The notes beneath the pieces were generated by a model that worked only from the letters and a program-made list of their open reading frames with translations, was not told the origin of the DNA and ran no database searches. From a virus (Duplodnaviria; Caudoviricetes): a DNA stretch of 64,000 nucleotides. The number at the start of each line of letters is the position of its first letter. Position 1 is the stretch's first letter. A program made the position numbers and the translations under genes. Shown in pieces: positions 50,040 to 60,182 of this stretch. The stretch lies in the IMG/VR virus record IMGVR_UViG_3300014205_000170, positions 192,001 to 256,000 of that record; one strand, 5' to 3'.

Positions 50040-51338
50040 TTAACGGCTAATAATGATGTTTTTTGTCGTTTTAAACGTATTTGATACTACTTCTAATATG
50101 TAATAACCATTTTGTAAATTAGAAACATTTAAAGTGATTTTATTCATATTAGATTCAAAATTTTGTGAAAGAATTTTTCGTCCATCTAAAGAATAAACAT
50201 TAATGATAGCACTTGAATTATCATTTAAATTTTTAAATTCAATATTCAAATTATCATTTGCTGGAACCGGATAAACACTATTAATAATATCATTAAAAAG
50301 TTTATTATCTAATCCAGTACAAATACTAACAACTTGCGTAAACAAAGTTGATGCAGTACAGGTATTAGCACTTTCTCCAATAACGGTATAAGTTGTATTT
50401 GAGGTAGGACTTACTGTGTATACATTAGTGCTTGGACCGGCAATCCAAGTATATGTATTGGCACCAGAAGCAGTCAAAGTAGAAGAAAATCCTGAACATA
50501 AAACAGAGTGACTTGAAACGGCAGAAACCACTGGAACTGTATTTACAACAACAGCAATGGTGTTGGAAACAACAGAACCACAAGCATTAACAGCCGTTGC
50601 ATAATAATTACCGGAATTCATCGCAATAGACACTGTACCATTTTGAGCATTACTCCAATTAATAGCCGTATAGCTTGACGCAGCTGCATTCAAACTAACA
50701 CTTCCACATCCAATGGTAGACCCAGAAATAGCTATTGTAGGTGTTTGAATTTGAGTAATAGTAATTGTGTTAGATAGAGTAGTACCACACACATTCGTCA
50801 TTTTTAAATAAAAATTTCCTGGAGCATTCACAGCTATTGTTGAAGTGGTCTGACTATTACTCCACGAATACGTTCCTACACTACTAATGGTTGAAGTAAG
50901 TTGCACACTTGTAGAAGGACAAATAGAATTTGAACCAACAGATGAAATTGTTGAAGTTGGTATATTTAAAACATATATGGTGGTATTTGAACTATTACCA
51001 ACTGCAATTGAACTATGTTTAACAAACATATAATATGTACCATTTGGTACAGATGGTACTGTGGCCACAATAGTTCCTTGAGAGCTAATAGAGTGCCAAC
51101 TAGTTGTTAATATAGTTGGTGTTATAGGTGCAGCTGTACCTATTGTAGGTCCAAACCAAACAGCATAATTTCCATAAGGAGCCACTGTTCCTGTACCAGT
51201 AACATAAAAACTCATAGTAACTTGAGCTCCCACACAAACAGTGTTTGGCGATACAGGACTTGTGTGCATAAATGCTTGCCCATTAATAGCGCCAAAAGCG
51301 AATAAACTAAGAATTGTAATTAAAATTGACTTTTTCAT
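50040..51338 (-). CDS. secreted Ig-like repeat protein with type IX secretion (T9SS) type A C-terminal sorting domain
   Basis: Sec signal MKKSILITILSLFAFGAINGQ; Ig/PKD-like repeats (YSWSN..T, YTVIG); VYPVPAND.LNI...YSLDGRKI...LQNGYYILEV...K.III. Confidence 0.88.
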   Translation of the reverse strand: MKKSILITILSLFAFGAINGQAFMHTSPVSPNTVCVGAQVTMSFYVTGTGTVAPYGNYAVWFGPTIGTAAPITPTILTTSWHSISSQGTIVATVPSVPNGTYYMFVKHSSIAVGNSSNTTIYVLNIPTSTISSVGSNSICPSTSVQLTSTISSVGTYSWSNSQTTSTIAVNAPGNFYLKMTNVCGTTLSNTITITQIQTPTIAISGSTIGCGSVSLNAAASSYTAINWSNAQNGTVSIAMNSGNYYATAVNACGSVVSNTIAVVVNTVPVVSAVSSHSVLCSGFSSTLTASGANTYTWIAGPSTNVYTVSPTSNTTYTVIGESANTCTASTLFTQVVSICTGLDNKLFNDIINSVYPVPANDNLNIEFKNLNDNSSAIINVYSLDGRKILSQNFESNMNKITLNVSNLQNGYYILEVVSNTFKTTKNIIISR

Positions 51339-51362
51339 GTTTTTTTGTTTTAGTATATCTAC

Positions 51363-51391
51363 TTAAACGGTGTTTTGGGCTAAAAGTTACA
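51363..51391 (-). promoter_or_regulatory. ECF-type promoter motif TGTAAC-N16-CGTTTAA
   Basis: Exact-spacing copy upstream of the T9SS-domain gene. Confidence 0.72.
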
Positions 51392-51440
51392 ATAAAATTT
51401 GGATATTTCAAAATTCTTTATTGGCTATTTATGTGTAAGC

Positions 51441-52850
51441 ATGAATGGTATAGATTTTGAGAACAGAAAAGGTTCAAATTTAGGTGACCCCAAATTTGGA
51501 AAAGATGCTGTTAATTTACAGACTTTACAAAGATATGTTGCCGTAATTTCAGGGAATACAGTTTCAGCCGTTGTTTCAGGAATAACAGCTGGAAATAATA
51601 TTGCCATATCAGGAACCACTTCTGCTATTACAATCAGTTTAAACCCAACTATAACAGTTAATTCCATTAACTCCGGAATAATGTTATCTGCCGGAACCAA
51701 TCTATATAACATATTCTCTACTACTGATAATAATGACCTTACTAGAGTACGAAATGGTATTAACACTTTTACCGGTGGAACCGTAAATGGTCCATCTGTT
51801 AATATCACAGGTCTTTCAATTAACAATTTAACAGTTTCAGGAGATACATCTTTATCAGCGACAACAATTAGTTCATTATCTGCTTCTACAATATTTAGTG
51901 GAAGCACAAATCTATATTCTATATTTCAACAAATAGGAGGTGGTTCTCAAACAGCAGTACAACCAGGAACAAATATCACAACGGCTGGAACAATATCAAC
52001 TCCAATAATTTCAACAGTTGACTCTCCAGCATTTAATAATTTATCAACCTCTGGAACAAGTATTTTTAGTGGAAATAGTACAAATGAAATTTTTGTTATT
52101 AGAAATCCTGATGTTTATCCATCAGGTCAAGATAGTTTTCAAGTTTGGGATGGTACAAATGCAAAGCAAATATTTATTGATAGTTCAAATCAAATTGGTT
52201 TTACTGCTGGCACAAATGGTCCACTTTATTTTGGAACATTCGCCAATCCATCTGCTGGATTAGGTGGATTCAGTTCTCCTAATCAAGTTATAAATTGTTA
52301 TTCTGTTAACACCATAAGAATGGGTGTTGGAGGGTCTGGTTCATATTTTGCAACTACTGAACCAAAGGCACTTTTTGAAGCAAGAGGTAAAACTGACGAA
52401 ATACAATTAATTGTTCAAAAAAATAATTCACAAACTGAAAACATAATAGAAGTTAGAGATTCTTCCGAAGTTCCTCTATTGATTGTGGATGCTACGGGCA
52501 AATTAACAGCTTCCACAGCAACAATTGTAGGTCTTTCAGCAACTACACTAAGTGGTGGTACTGCTAGATTAGCGGAAAATGTTGGAACTGTTATATATTC
52601 TGCTGGAACTGATTTGTATAATATTTTTTCTGTAATCAGTAGTGGTATAAGCTCTTTTTTTTCGACACAAATTTTAAGTGCTAGTAATATAACTACAATA
52701 ACACATAATTTAGGTACGAAATTTATCACTGTTAATTTATGGAACTCTAGTGGTGATTTAACAGAAGCAACAATAAACAGAACCGGAACAACGTCAGTAA
52801 ACATAACAGTGGCAACAACTGATACATATGACATAGTTATACATGGATAA
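51441..52850 (+). CDS. tail fibre-associated structural protein
   Basis: NLGDP...DAVNL N-terminus, three S(A/G)xT(N/D)LY(N/S)IF repeats, C-terminal ITHNLGT; start reassigned to ATG 51441. Confidence 0.65.
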   Translation: MNGIDFENRKGSNLGDPKFGKDAVNLQTLQRYVAVISGNTVSAVVSGITAGNNIAISGTTSAITISLNPTITVNSINSGIMLSAGTNLYNIFSTTDNNDLTRVRNGINTFTGGTVNGPSVNITGLSINNLTVSGDTSLSATTISSLSASTIFSGSTNLYSIFQQIGGGSQTAVQPGTNITTAGTISTPIISTVDSPAFNNLSTSGTSIFSGNSTNEIFVIRNPDVYPSGQDSFQVWDGTNAKQIFIDSSNQIGFTAGTNGPLYFGTFANPSAGLGGFSSPNQVINCYSVNTIRMGVGGSGSYFATTEPKALFEARGKTDEIQLIVQKNNSQTENIIEVRDSSEVPLLIVDATGKLTASTATIVGLSATTLSGGTARLAENVGTVIYSAGTDLYNIFSVISSGISSFFSTQILSASNITTITHNLGTKFITVNLWNSSGDLTEATINRTGTTSVNITVATTDTYDIVIHG

Positions 52851-52865
52851 ACAAATTAAAAGAAA

Positions 52866-55800
52866 ATGAAACCGTTTGAAAGTGGTATAAATATAAGACC
52901 GTTAACATCTGATACATATAGTATCTTAGCTAGAACTTCTGGAAATACGGATGCTTTTGCTGTATTTTCTAATGGGACAGTAAACATTGGTACTGCGACT
53001 ACAACTAGTCAACGCTTATTTAGAGTTGGTCAAGATACAGCTTTTGTAGATATAGGTAGTTTAATAGGCGCACCATCCAATGCTGCATTATATATGAATG
53101 CTGCAACTCCTTCTTCTATAAATTATACGATTAGAACCAATACTTCTGATACTTATTTTAATGCCCAAGGTTCAATTTCTTCTAATGCGAGAATACAAGT
53201 TAGTGGCAATGATAGAATTTTTGTTGGCGGGGCAAATCAAAATCTTAGACGTTTTGAGTTTAGTCCTGCAAATCAAACATCTAACGCAGCTTCAACAGAA
53301 CTAAATGGATGGCTATATAATAACTACACTAAATCTTATGTAGTTGGAACAATGCCTATTATAAGAGAAAATTATTGGAAGAGTACGTTAATTGATTTTA
53401 CAGCTCCTTCTGTTGTATCTAATGCTTATGCTAATTATTATGAAGCTTTAAGTGGAACTACCGCAGTAACATTTACTACAAATTACGTTGCTGGATTTAA
53501 TGGCGGAGATGGTATTAGTATTAGTGCTCAAACAGCTTCTCAAACTTCAATTCAAGCATTGGTTGGTACACCAACACAGCCTGCTTTATATTTAGGTGTT
53601 GCCAATCCATCATCAACTAACTATACATTAAATTGGGATGGAAATATAAAATTAAATTCTCAAACTTCAACGAATGGTATTATATTGCTTGCAGGTGGTT
53701 CTGCTAGATTAACTATTAGCAGTAGTGATAATAGTTCAAGTGATTCTTTTTCATTCACTCCGAGGGCAAGAACAGGTATACCAACTGGAACTAATACAAA
53801 ATTATTCAGATTAGTTACTTCAACACAAACTTGGGCAGGAGGAAATGTTGACGTTATATCTAGCGCTGTTTTTGAAGCGCCGACCATTGCTTTTGCATCT
53901 GCATCTACAGCTACCAGCGTTTATAATTTAATGGTTAATAGTACTATTGCTGGTTCTAATGCATTTATTCAAAATAATTTTGCTGCTGGATTTGTTGGCG
54001 ATGTTAGTATAACAGGAACTACTACTACAACTGGACTTTCTGTATCTGCTTTAACTGCGAATACTTTATATATAAAAGGAATAGATACTTTATCTTCTAC
54101 TACAAATACTCAAATTACAAATAGTGGTAATACAAATATTGTTAGAATTTTTAATAATGCTAATGTTCTTATTGGTACTGGCTCAACTACTAATCAACGT
54201 ATTTTAAGAGTTACTCAAAACACAGCTACTTTAGATATTGGTTCTTGGGTTGGATTAACAGCTAATCCAGCATTATATTTTAATCCCACAACTCCAGATG
54301 GTAATAATTATGGATTAGCAGGCTCAAATACAATTACCTATCTAAATGCTCCGGTATTATCTGGTAGCGTAATTATGCGTGTATTTGGTAATGACATTAT
54401 TGTTGGAACAAATACTGGACTTACATTCACACCAACAGTAACTAACACAGGTGCTGTTACCAACTTTACATTTACAAAACCTAATAACACTTTCCAAAAC
54501 ATTAGTACGCCAATTAATGGATTTTTATACAATTTAGGAACACGTTCATGGTTACAAGGAAATATTACATCCAATCAAAGTGAAGTTTATTATACACAAC
54601 CTGTTTATTCATTTGGTGGAGTAAGTACAGCAAGCAATGTTTCTACAATGGCTATTGCAGGTGCACCATCAGGTGCTTCTAACACTTCTTTACTTGCAAC
54701 TAGTGCATTCTTAATTGAAACTGGTGTTGTAGGAACAGGCGTTACGACTTCATATGGTGCGTTCATCAATGCGCAATCAGGTGCATTAACAAATATAGCA
54801 CTAGCAGTTAGTGGAGGAACATCTTTTTCTTCAAATACTTTAACAGGATTTACTGTTACTGGCCCTACTGCAATACCAGCGTTTGTTGTAGATACAAATG
54901 TTTCAAGAGTAGGTATTGGCGGTATTTATCCTGCATTTGCTTTAGATGTTATTGGAAAATCAACAACAGATGTTGTTGGAAGATTTGTTGGTGATAGTAA
55001 TAGAGGCTCAAGTTTAAGACTCACAAGAGGTGCTTCTTATGAATGGGCATTAGGATGTGGTGGTGGAACTGGAATTATTCCTGCCTCATCATTTGGTATT
55101 CACGATGTAGGTTTAGTTGCTACAAGATTTTTCATTGCTCATTCAACAGGACTTGTTGGAATAAATACAATTGGACCAATTGAAAGATTAGATGTTAATG
55201 GTAATGCTTATATACGTAGTGGAATAACTGCAACAACATTAACTATTAGTGGAAACACCATTATTAATAATTCTAATGCTACATCTGAATTGTTTTTAGT
55301 AAAAAGTGGAACAAACTTAACTATTAGAAATACTGGAGCAGGTGCAGCAATTTATACTGATACTGTAAGTCTTGGATTGGGTTCAAATAGTACGGTTATT
55401 TTTTCTTTGCAAACTAATGGTAGTACAATGCAATTTGCAGATGCAAAGGACATAGGGTTTAATGCAACTACTGGTACTAAAATTGGACTTTCCACAACAC
55501 AAAAATTTGCTTTTTGGAATAATACTCCAATAATTCAACCAGTAAGTGGAACCTCTATTAATAAAGTATTAAGTGAGACTGGTTTAATTGCTACAGGTTT
55601 AACTTCGTATTTTAGTCATCCACTTGGAGTTGGAACTTCTGCACCTAATGGACAATTACATGTAAGTGGAAATACAAGCGGTACGCTTTTTAGAATAACA
55701 AATTCTGCTGGTAATAATGGTTTTGTAATGGATAATGGTGATTTAAAATCACAATTTTATGGTGGTGGTGGAATTAGTTATCCATCAGTTTGTTCAACAG

Positions 55801-56267
55801 CATCAAATCAATTTGGAGTTGGATTTTCCAATACAGGTGTTGCATTAGTAGCAGCTTCAGTTGCAAGGTTAGTGTTAAGTGGTTCTAGTGGTATTTTATT
55901 AAATGGAAATCAAAATGTTGTTGGTGGAATAAATGTTTATTTTACTGGTAATACTGTCCTTGAAAATCTAACAGCAACAACTGCAAATTTCACTGGCCTT
56001 ACTTTAGGATACAGAGAATTAAATTCTGATTATGCGATTACAGCGAATGATTATACAATGAATATTACTGCTAATACAATTACAGTAACATTACCAACAG
56101 CAGTTGGTGCAACTGGAAGAATTTATAATGTAAAAAATATGGGCTCTGGAACTGTAACATTAAGTGGTACAAGTAGTCAAACTATAGATGAAAACACAAC
56201 ACAATCAATTATAAAACCTAATTCAATTAAAGTTCAAAGTACTGGAGCAAATTGGATAATAATATAA
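52866..56267 (+). CDS. long tail fibre protein
   Basis: 1133 aa G/S/T/N-rich; VGI.T..P...LDV fibre motifs; C-terminal ITVTLPTAVG..GR.Y.VKN module. Confidence 0.75.
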   Translation: MKPFESGINIRPLTSDTYSILARTSGNTDAFAVFSNGTVNIGTATTTSQRLFRVGQDTAFVDIGSLIGAPSNAALYMNAATPSSINYTIRTNTSDTYFNAQGSISSNARIQVSGNDRIFVGGANQNLRRFEFSPANQTSNAASTELNGWLYNNYTKSYVVGTMPIIRENYWKSTLIDFTAPSVVSNAYANYYEALSGTTAVTFTTNYVAGFNGGDGISISAQTASQTSIQALVGTPTQPALYLGVANPSSTNYTLNWDGNIKLNSQTSTNGIILLAGGSARLTISSSDNSSSDSFSFTPRARTGIPTGTNTKLFRLVTSTQTWAGGNVDVISSAVFEAPTIAFASASTATSVYNLMVNSTIAGSNAFIQNNFAAGFVGDVSITGTTTTTGLSVSALTANTLYIKGIDTLSSTTNTQITNSGNTNIVRIFNNANVLIGTGSTTNQRILRVTQNTATLDIGSWVGLTANPALYFNPTTPDGNNYGLAGSNTITYLNAPVLSGSVIMRVFGNDIIVGTNTGLTFTPTVTNTGAVTNFTFTKPNNTFQNISTPINGFLYNLGTRSWLQGNITSNQSEVYYTQPVYSFGGVSTASNVSTMAIAGAPSGASNTSLLATSAFLIETGVVGTGVTTSYGAFINAQSGALTNIALAVSGGTSFSSNTLTGFTVTGPTAIPAFVVDTNVSRVGIGGIYPAFALDVIGKSTTDVVGRFVGDSNRGSSLRLTRGASYEWALGCGGGTGIIPASSFGIHDVGLVATRFFIAHSTGLVGINTIGPIERLDVNGNAYIRSGITATTLTISGNTIINNSNATSELFLVKSGTNLTIRNTGAGAAIYTDTVSLGLGSNSTVIFSLQTNGSTMQFADAKDIGFNATTGTKIGLSTTQKFAFWNNTPIIQPVSGTSINKVLSETGLIATGLTSYFSHPLGVGTSAPNGQLHVSGNTSGTLFRITNSAGNNGFVMDNGDLKSQFYGGGGISYPSVCSTASNQFGVGFSNTGVALVAASVARLVLSGSSGILLNGNQNVVGGINVYFTGNTVLENLTATTANFTGLTLGYRELNSDYAITANDYTMNITANTITVTLPTAVGATGRIYNVKNMGSGTVTLSGTSSQTIDENTTQSIIKPNSIKVQSTGANWIII

Positions 56268-56288
56268 AATAAAAAAAAAAAAAAAGAT

Positions 56289-57257
56289 ATGAGTTATTTT
56301 GGAAATTTATACGATTCAAATTTTGAAAAAAATGTTGATATAAACCAATTCAGAGGTTTAAAAACATACGAGGTTATACGTTTAGCAGGTTCTAATCTAG
56401 CTGGCGCTAGTGGTAGTTTAGATGTTGGTACTTGGATAACTGGTGGTACCAATAATGGAGCACCATATCTTAGTGGTGGTCAAGTTACTTTCCAAACAAA
56501 TACTACTGCAAATGGAAGTGCTAGTCTAAGAAGTGCAAAAATAGCAAGATTTGTTGGTGCATCTGGAAATTTTTTTAGAGGCGCAATGAGATTTGGAGAT
56601 ACTGGAACCACTAATAACTGGAGAAAATTTGGAGCTTATGATATTGATAATGGTTTTTATTTCTTTTTATCTGGAACAACTTTTGGCGTAGGCTCTAGAA
56701 AAGGAACTATTGACACTCATGTTAATTCAGGAAGTTTTAATGGATTATATGGAAATTCATATAGTATAGACATTGGAGTGCATACTTATGAAATACATTA
56801 TTCAAATACTTTTACTTATTTTTTATTCGACAATAAATTATTACACAAATTATCTTCAAGTGGTACTACCAATATTAATACAGGACATTTATATATTACA
56901 GCTGAAAACGTGAACACAAATGGTTCTACAACAAATGTAATAATGGATGCTAGAGCTATGACAATAAATAGAGCGGGTGTTGAAAATACAAAACCCACGT
57001 TTTATAATATTGCGACAAACGAAACAAGAGTTCTCAAAACAAGTCCAGGTACATTACATGTCATCAATGTAAATAGTAAAGGTTCAGGAGGGGGTTCAAT
57101 AGCATTTTATGACGGATTAAGTGCAGCTGGCACAGCTATTTGTTCCATTGATACAACAACAGTACAAGGATACTTTGAATATCATTTAGATTTTAATTCA
57201 GGTTTAACTTATGTATCAACATCAACTCTTGGAAACGTAACTGTAATTTGGGAATAA
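56289..57257 (+). CDS. structural protein with lectin/ConA-like beta-sandwich
   Basis: FG..D.DNGFYF, HTYEIHY....YF.FD. Confidence 0.5.
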   Translation: MSYFGNLYDSNFEKNVDINQFRGLKTYEVIRLAGSNLAGASGSLDVGTWITGGTNNGAPYLSGGQVTFQTNTTANGSASLRSAKIARFVGASGNFFRGAMRFGDTGTTNNWRKFGAYDIDNGFYFFLSGTTFGVGSRKGTIDTHVNSGSFNGLYGNSYSIDIGVHTYEIHYSNTFTYFLFDNKLLHKLSSSGTTNINTGHLYITAENVNTNGSTTNVIMDARAMTINRAGVENTKPTFYNIATNETRVLKTSPGTLHVINVNSKGSGGGSIAFYDGLSAAGTAICSIDTTTVQGYFEYHLDFNSGLTYVSTSTLGNVTVIWE

Positions 57258-57262
57258 TAATA

Positions 57263-58144
57263 TTACGTAGCCAATCCTTGACTTACAGAAGCAAAATCTT
57301 GATTTAAATTAATGATACTACGTTGTTCACGTATATCAATATTTCCCTCACCAAATTTCTTTTTAGTAGTATATAGATTATATTGTCTGTAAATACGATT
57401 TTGGTCATCAAAATAACTTAATATAGAAGTTTCTAAATCTCTAGTTGAATTTCCAAAAATACCAAATCCTAAAGTTTTAATTGTCATATCAGTCATTTCA
57501 ACTTCCATACATACTGGGTCAAAAAATGTATTAGACATAAGAATTTTTTGACCTTTTTGACCAATATCAACAGTTGCATTAGAAGAAATTATACTTGGTT
57601 CATCTGGAGTTAACGTTAAAAATAAATTAGTTCCGCCTGGGTCAAGTGTATATGCATTTGCACCTTGATTTATAGTATTGTTATTAGTAGAAATAGAAAC
57701 TAATTCAGATGAAGTTACTATTCTATGAAGATTTTTAATCTTAACATCATTTTTGTCAAAATACTCTATTTGATATCCAACAATACTTCCTGCTTTTTGA
57801 AATTGTGCAGAAGGTATTACTATACCTTTTTTAGAAATCTTTATACTATTATCATCACTTGATACAACATATGAACAATCTTGAATAACCGTCTCAATAG
57901 TTTTAGGTTTAATCAATATTGAATAAAATCCAATTTGATTGAATTTTTCAGCTGGTAATCTTAACTTATATATACCATCAGCACCTAATAGTTTTTTTAA
58001 ATCAGCATCAGTAATATTAGAAAATAAAGGTTGAAAAGCTACATCTCCCAATTCTTCTCTACTAGCACTAAAAGCATATAATACGTCAACTTCATCGACA
58101 CCTACACTTGAAAGGGTTTTAGTTCCAAAAATTCCTATACTCAT
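57263..58144 (-). CDS. probable virion structural protein
   Basis: GIYKLRLPA..F...GFYSI.IKP; NTFFDP; structural context. Confidence 0.5.
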   Translation of the reverse strand: MSIGIFGTKTLSSVGVDEVDVLYAFSASREELGDVAFQPLFSNITDADLKKLLGADGIYKLRLPAEKFNQIGFYSILIKPKTIETVIQDCSYVVSSDDNSIKISKKGIVIPSAQFQKAGSIVGYQIEYFDKNDVKIKNLHRIVTSSELVSISTNNNTINQGANAYTLDPGGTNLFLTLTPDEPSIISSNATVDIGQKGQKILMSNTFFDPVCMEVEMTDMTIKTLGFGIFGNSTRDLETSILSYFDDQNRIYRQYNLYTTKKKFGEGNIDIREQRSIINLNQDFASVSQGLAT

Positions 58145-58164
58145 AATATTAAATAGTTTATATT

Positions 58165-59853
58165 TTAAAAGTTTTGTATTGGAAACGGTGCAAAAAATTG
58201 ATTTAACGTTTCCAAAATTTGTAATGTTTGAACAGAATCAGTTGCATCAAAAGTTATGGTATCATATCCTCTAACAATATATTCCGCCTTTTTTTGCTTT
58301 GATTTAGAAGGAGGACTAAACGTAACATTAAAAACAAAATCAAGTGCAGAATTAGCTGCTTTCATTACGACTACACTACCAGAAGGTCCACTTTGAGACT
58401 TGATAGCATAACCAAGTTTCAACAATAAAGCATATAAAGTGTTTTTTGTTATATCAAATGATGATTGCGATGTTCCGGAATGCTGTTTTGGAGGAGGAGG
58501 TATAGGAGGCGGTGGTGGCGGAGAAGCAACTACCAATCCCGGAATAGCTCCAGAAGTAGATGGATTTAACCAAAATTCAGATTCGCTATCATTAAAATTA
58601 AGATTAACAAAAGACTGTAAAAATATTTGAGGTGATATCTTATGATTTACCTTAACATAATCAATAGAAGTATTAACGTTAAAATCTAATGTTGCAGATT
58701 GTTCAGAAATTATTTTAAACGTTTTTTCAGAAACCGTATATAATTGTAGGGGAGCATACTGATTAAAATCTAAATTACATTGAGATAATAATTTTAAATT
58801 TATTTCTAAATTATTCATCTCCATCAATCTTTGAGATTTCAATTCAACAATAGCATTAATTGAGGTTTGACCTGAGTTAATTACAAAATTTTTAAAAACT
58901 AAATTTTGATTATTGCCATCCACTAAAGATATTTCACTTCCAATAGAAGCAGGCATGCTTTTACCAGTTCCAGAGTAAGCATTATCAATACCTGTTGGCG
59001 TTTCAGCAGATGCATCACTTCCAAAAGCTGATTCAATTAACAGTTGGAAAAATTGTCCATTTATAGGAGCTGCTTTATCAAACACAATCTCTATTGGAAT
59101 AAATTTATTCATATTATTTTTTTTAATAATATGTTTATCTTTTTTAAATTGTATTTTTAATTTAGTGTCATTAAATGGTAGTGGATATAAAGGAAAATAA
59201 TCATCAAAAGAATTAGTATTAATGATTACATTAGGATTTGATATTGTAGTTCCTTTTTTTACAGCATATCGAAATTGCTCCGCTGTTTCAGCACTTACAG
59301 TTGGTCCTAATGAATCTCTTCTGTATTTATCATAATTAGAATTATCTAATATATTTGAAGAAGTCCAAATAGGAACATTAATATAATAACTATCTCCAGT
59401 ATTATATCCAAGTACAACTGTAATTTTTTTATTACTTCTTAAAGTAGGTGTAACAAAAGTCGTATTTGTATATGTAATCGCTGTGGTTGCAGTTAATTGT
59501 AATTTTGCTGCTGATAATGTTGGTTTTGTATTTTTATTAATTATTTTATCATAATAATCATTAAATACATTTGCTAACTTTGTATTGTTATAATACAGTT
59601 CATTAAATTCAGGTTTAGAAAAATTGCTTTGTAAATAATTAAAGAACTGAACAGCTATATTTTCATTATTAGGATTATCTAAAAAATCCCTTACAGTAAA
59701 TTCATTAACCGTACCACCACCTATAGAGGATGTGTAAACTAAATAACCACTTCTAAGCTTTAGTTCACTATCATCAATTTCTGTTTGTCCAGAAAACTGT
59801 GGTATTATTCGTATTTCATTAGTTCTTAACAAATTTTTATTTATTAATATCAA
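58165..59853 (-). CDS. probable structural protein
   Basis: Long ORF with a polyproline linker in the structural operon. Confidence 0.5.
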   Translation of the reverse strand: MILINKNLLRTNEIRIIPQFSGQTEIDDSELKLRSGYLVYTSSIGGGTVNEFTVRDFLDNPNNENIAVQFFNYLQSNFSKPEFNELYYNNTKLANVFNDYYDKIINKNTKPTLSAAKLQLTATTAITYTNTTFVTPTLRSNKKITVVLGYNTGDSYYINVPIWTSSNILDNSNYDKYRRDSLGPTVSAETAEQFRYAVKKGTTISNPNVIINTNSFDDYFPLYPLPFNDTKLKIQFKKDKHIIKKNNMNKFIPIEIVFDKAAPINGQFFQLLIESAFGSDASAETPTGIDNAYSGTGKSMPASIGSEISLVDGNNQNLVFKNFVINSGQTSINAIVELKSQRLMEMNNLEINLKLLSQCNLDFNQYAPLQLYTVSEKTFKIISEQSATLDFNVNTSIDYVKVNHKISPQIFLQSFVNLNFNDSESEFWLNPSTSGAIPGLVVASPPPPPPIPPPPKQHSGTSQSSFDITKNTLYALLLKLGYAIKSQSGPSGSVVVMKAANSALDFVFNVTFSPPSKSKQKKAEYIVRGYDTITFDATDSVQTLQILETLNQFFAPFPIQNF

Positions 59854-60154
59854 TTCTGTATAATGGAGCTTTAGTCACAATATTATGTGCTCCACTAGTA
59901 CTAGCTGAATAAGATTCTATATTCTCAAAAAAACCATAATCCACAAAATAAGGATTCACTAATTGTCTTGGCATAAAAGTTCTGAATGGGTCTAAATAAG
60001 TATAAACATAATCATCAACTAAACTTAAAGTTCTATTCAATGGAACAGTAACATACCAATCACTATGATTTTTAGTTTTATAAGTACCATCAGGTTGTAA
60101 AATACCCAAATCCCTTTTATCTAAAAACAGGCTTATTTTATATATTGGTTCCAT
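59837..60154 (-). CDS. hypothetical protein
   Basis: 105-aa ORF with TATTTA upstream. Confidence 0.5.
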   Translation of the reverse strand: MEPIYKISLFLDKRDLGILQPDGTYKTKNHSDWYVTVPLNRTLSLVDDYVYTYLDPFRTFMPRQLVNPYFVDYGFFENIESYSASTSGAHNIVTKAPLYRIDINK

Positions 60155-60182
60155 TTAATGTATAAATATCAAAATCTAAATT

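Noticed and set aside
56271-56285. 15-nt poly-A tract between fibre genes as a phase-variation switch
   Set aside because: Intergenic, so it cannot shift a reading frame; A-rich leaders are normal in Bacteroidota-type genes.
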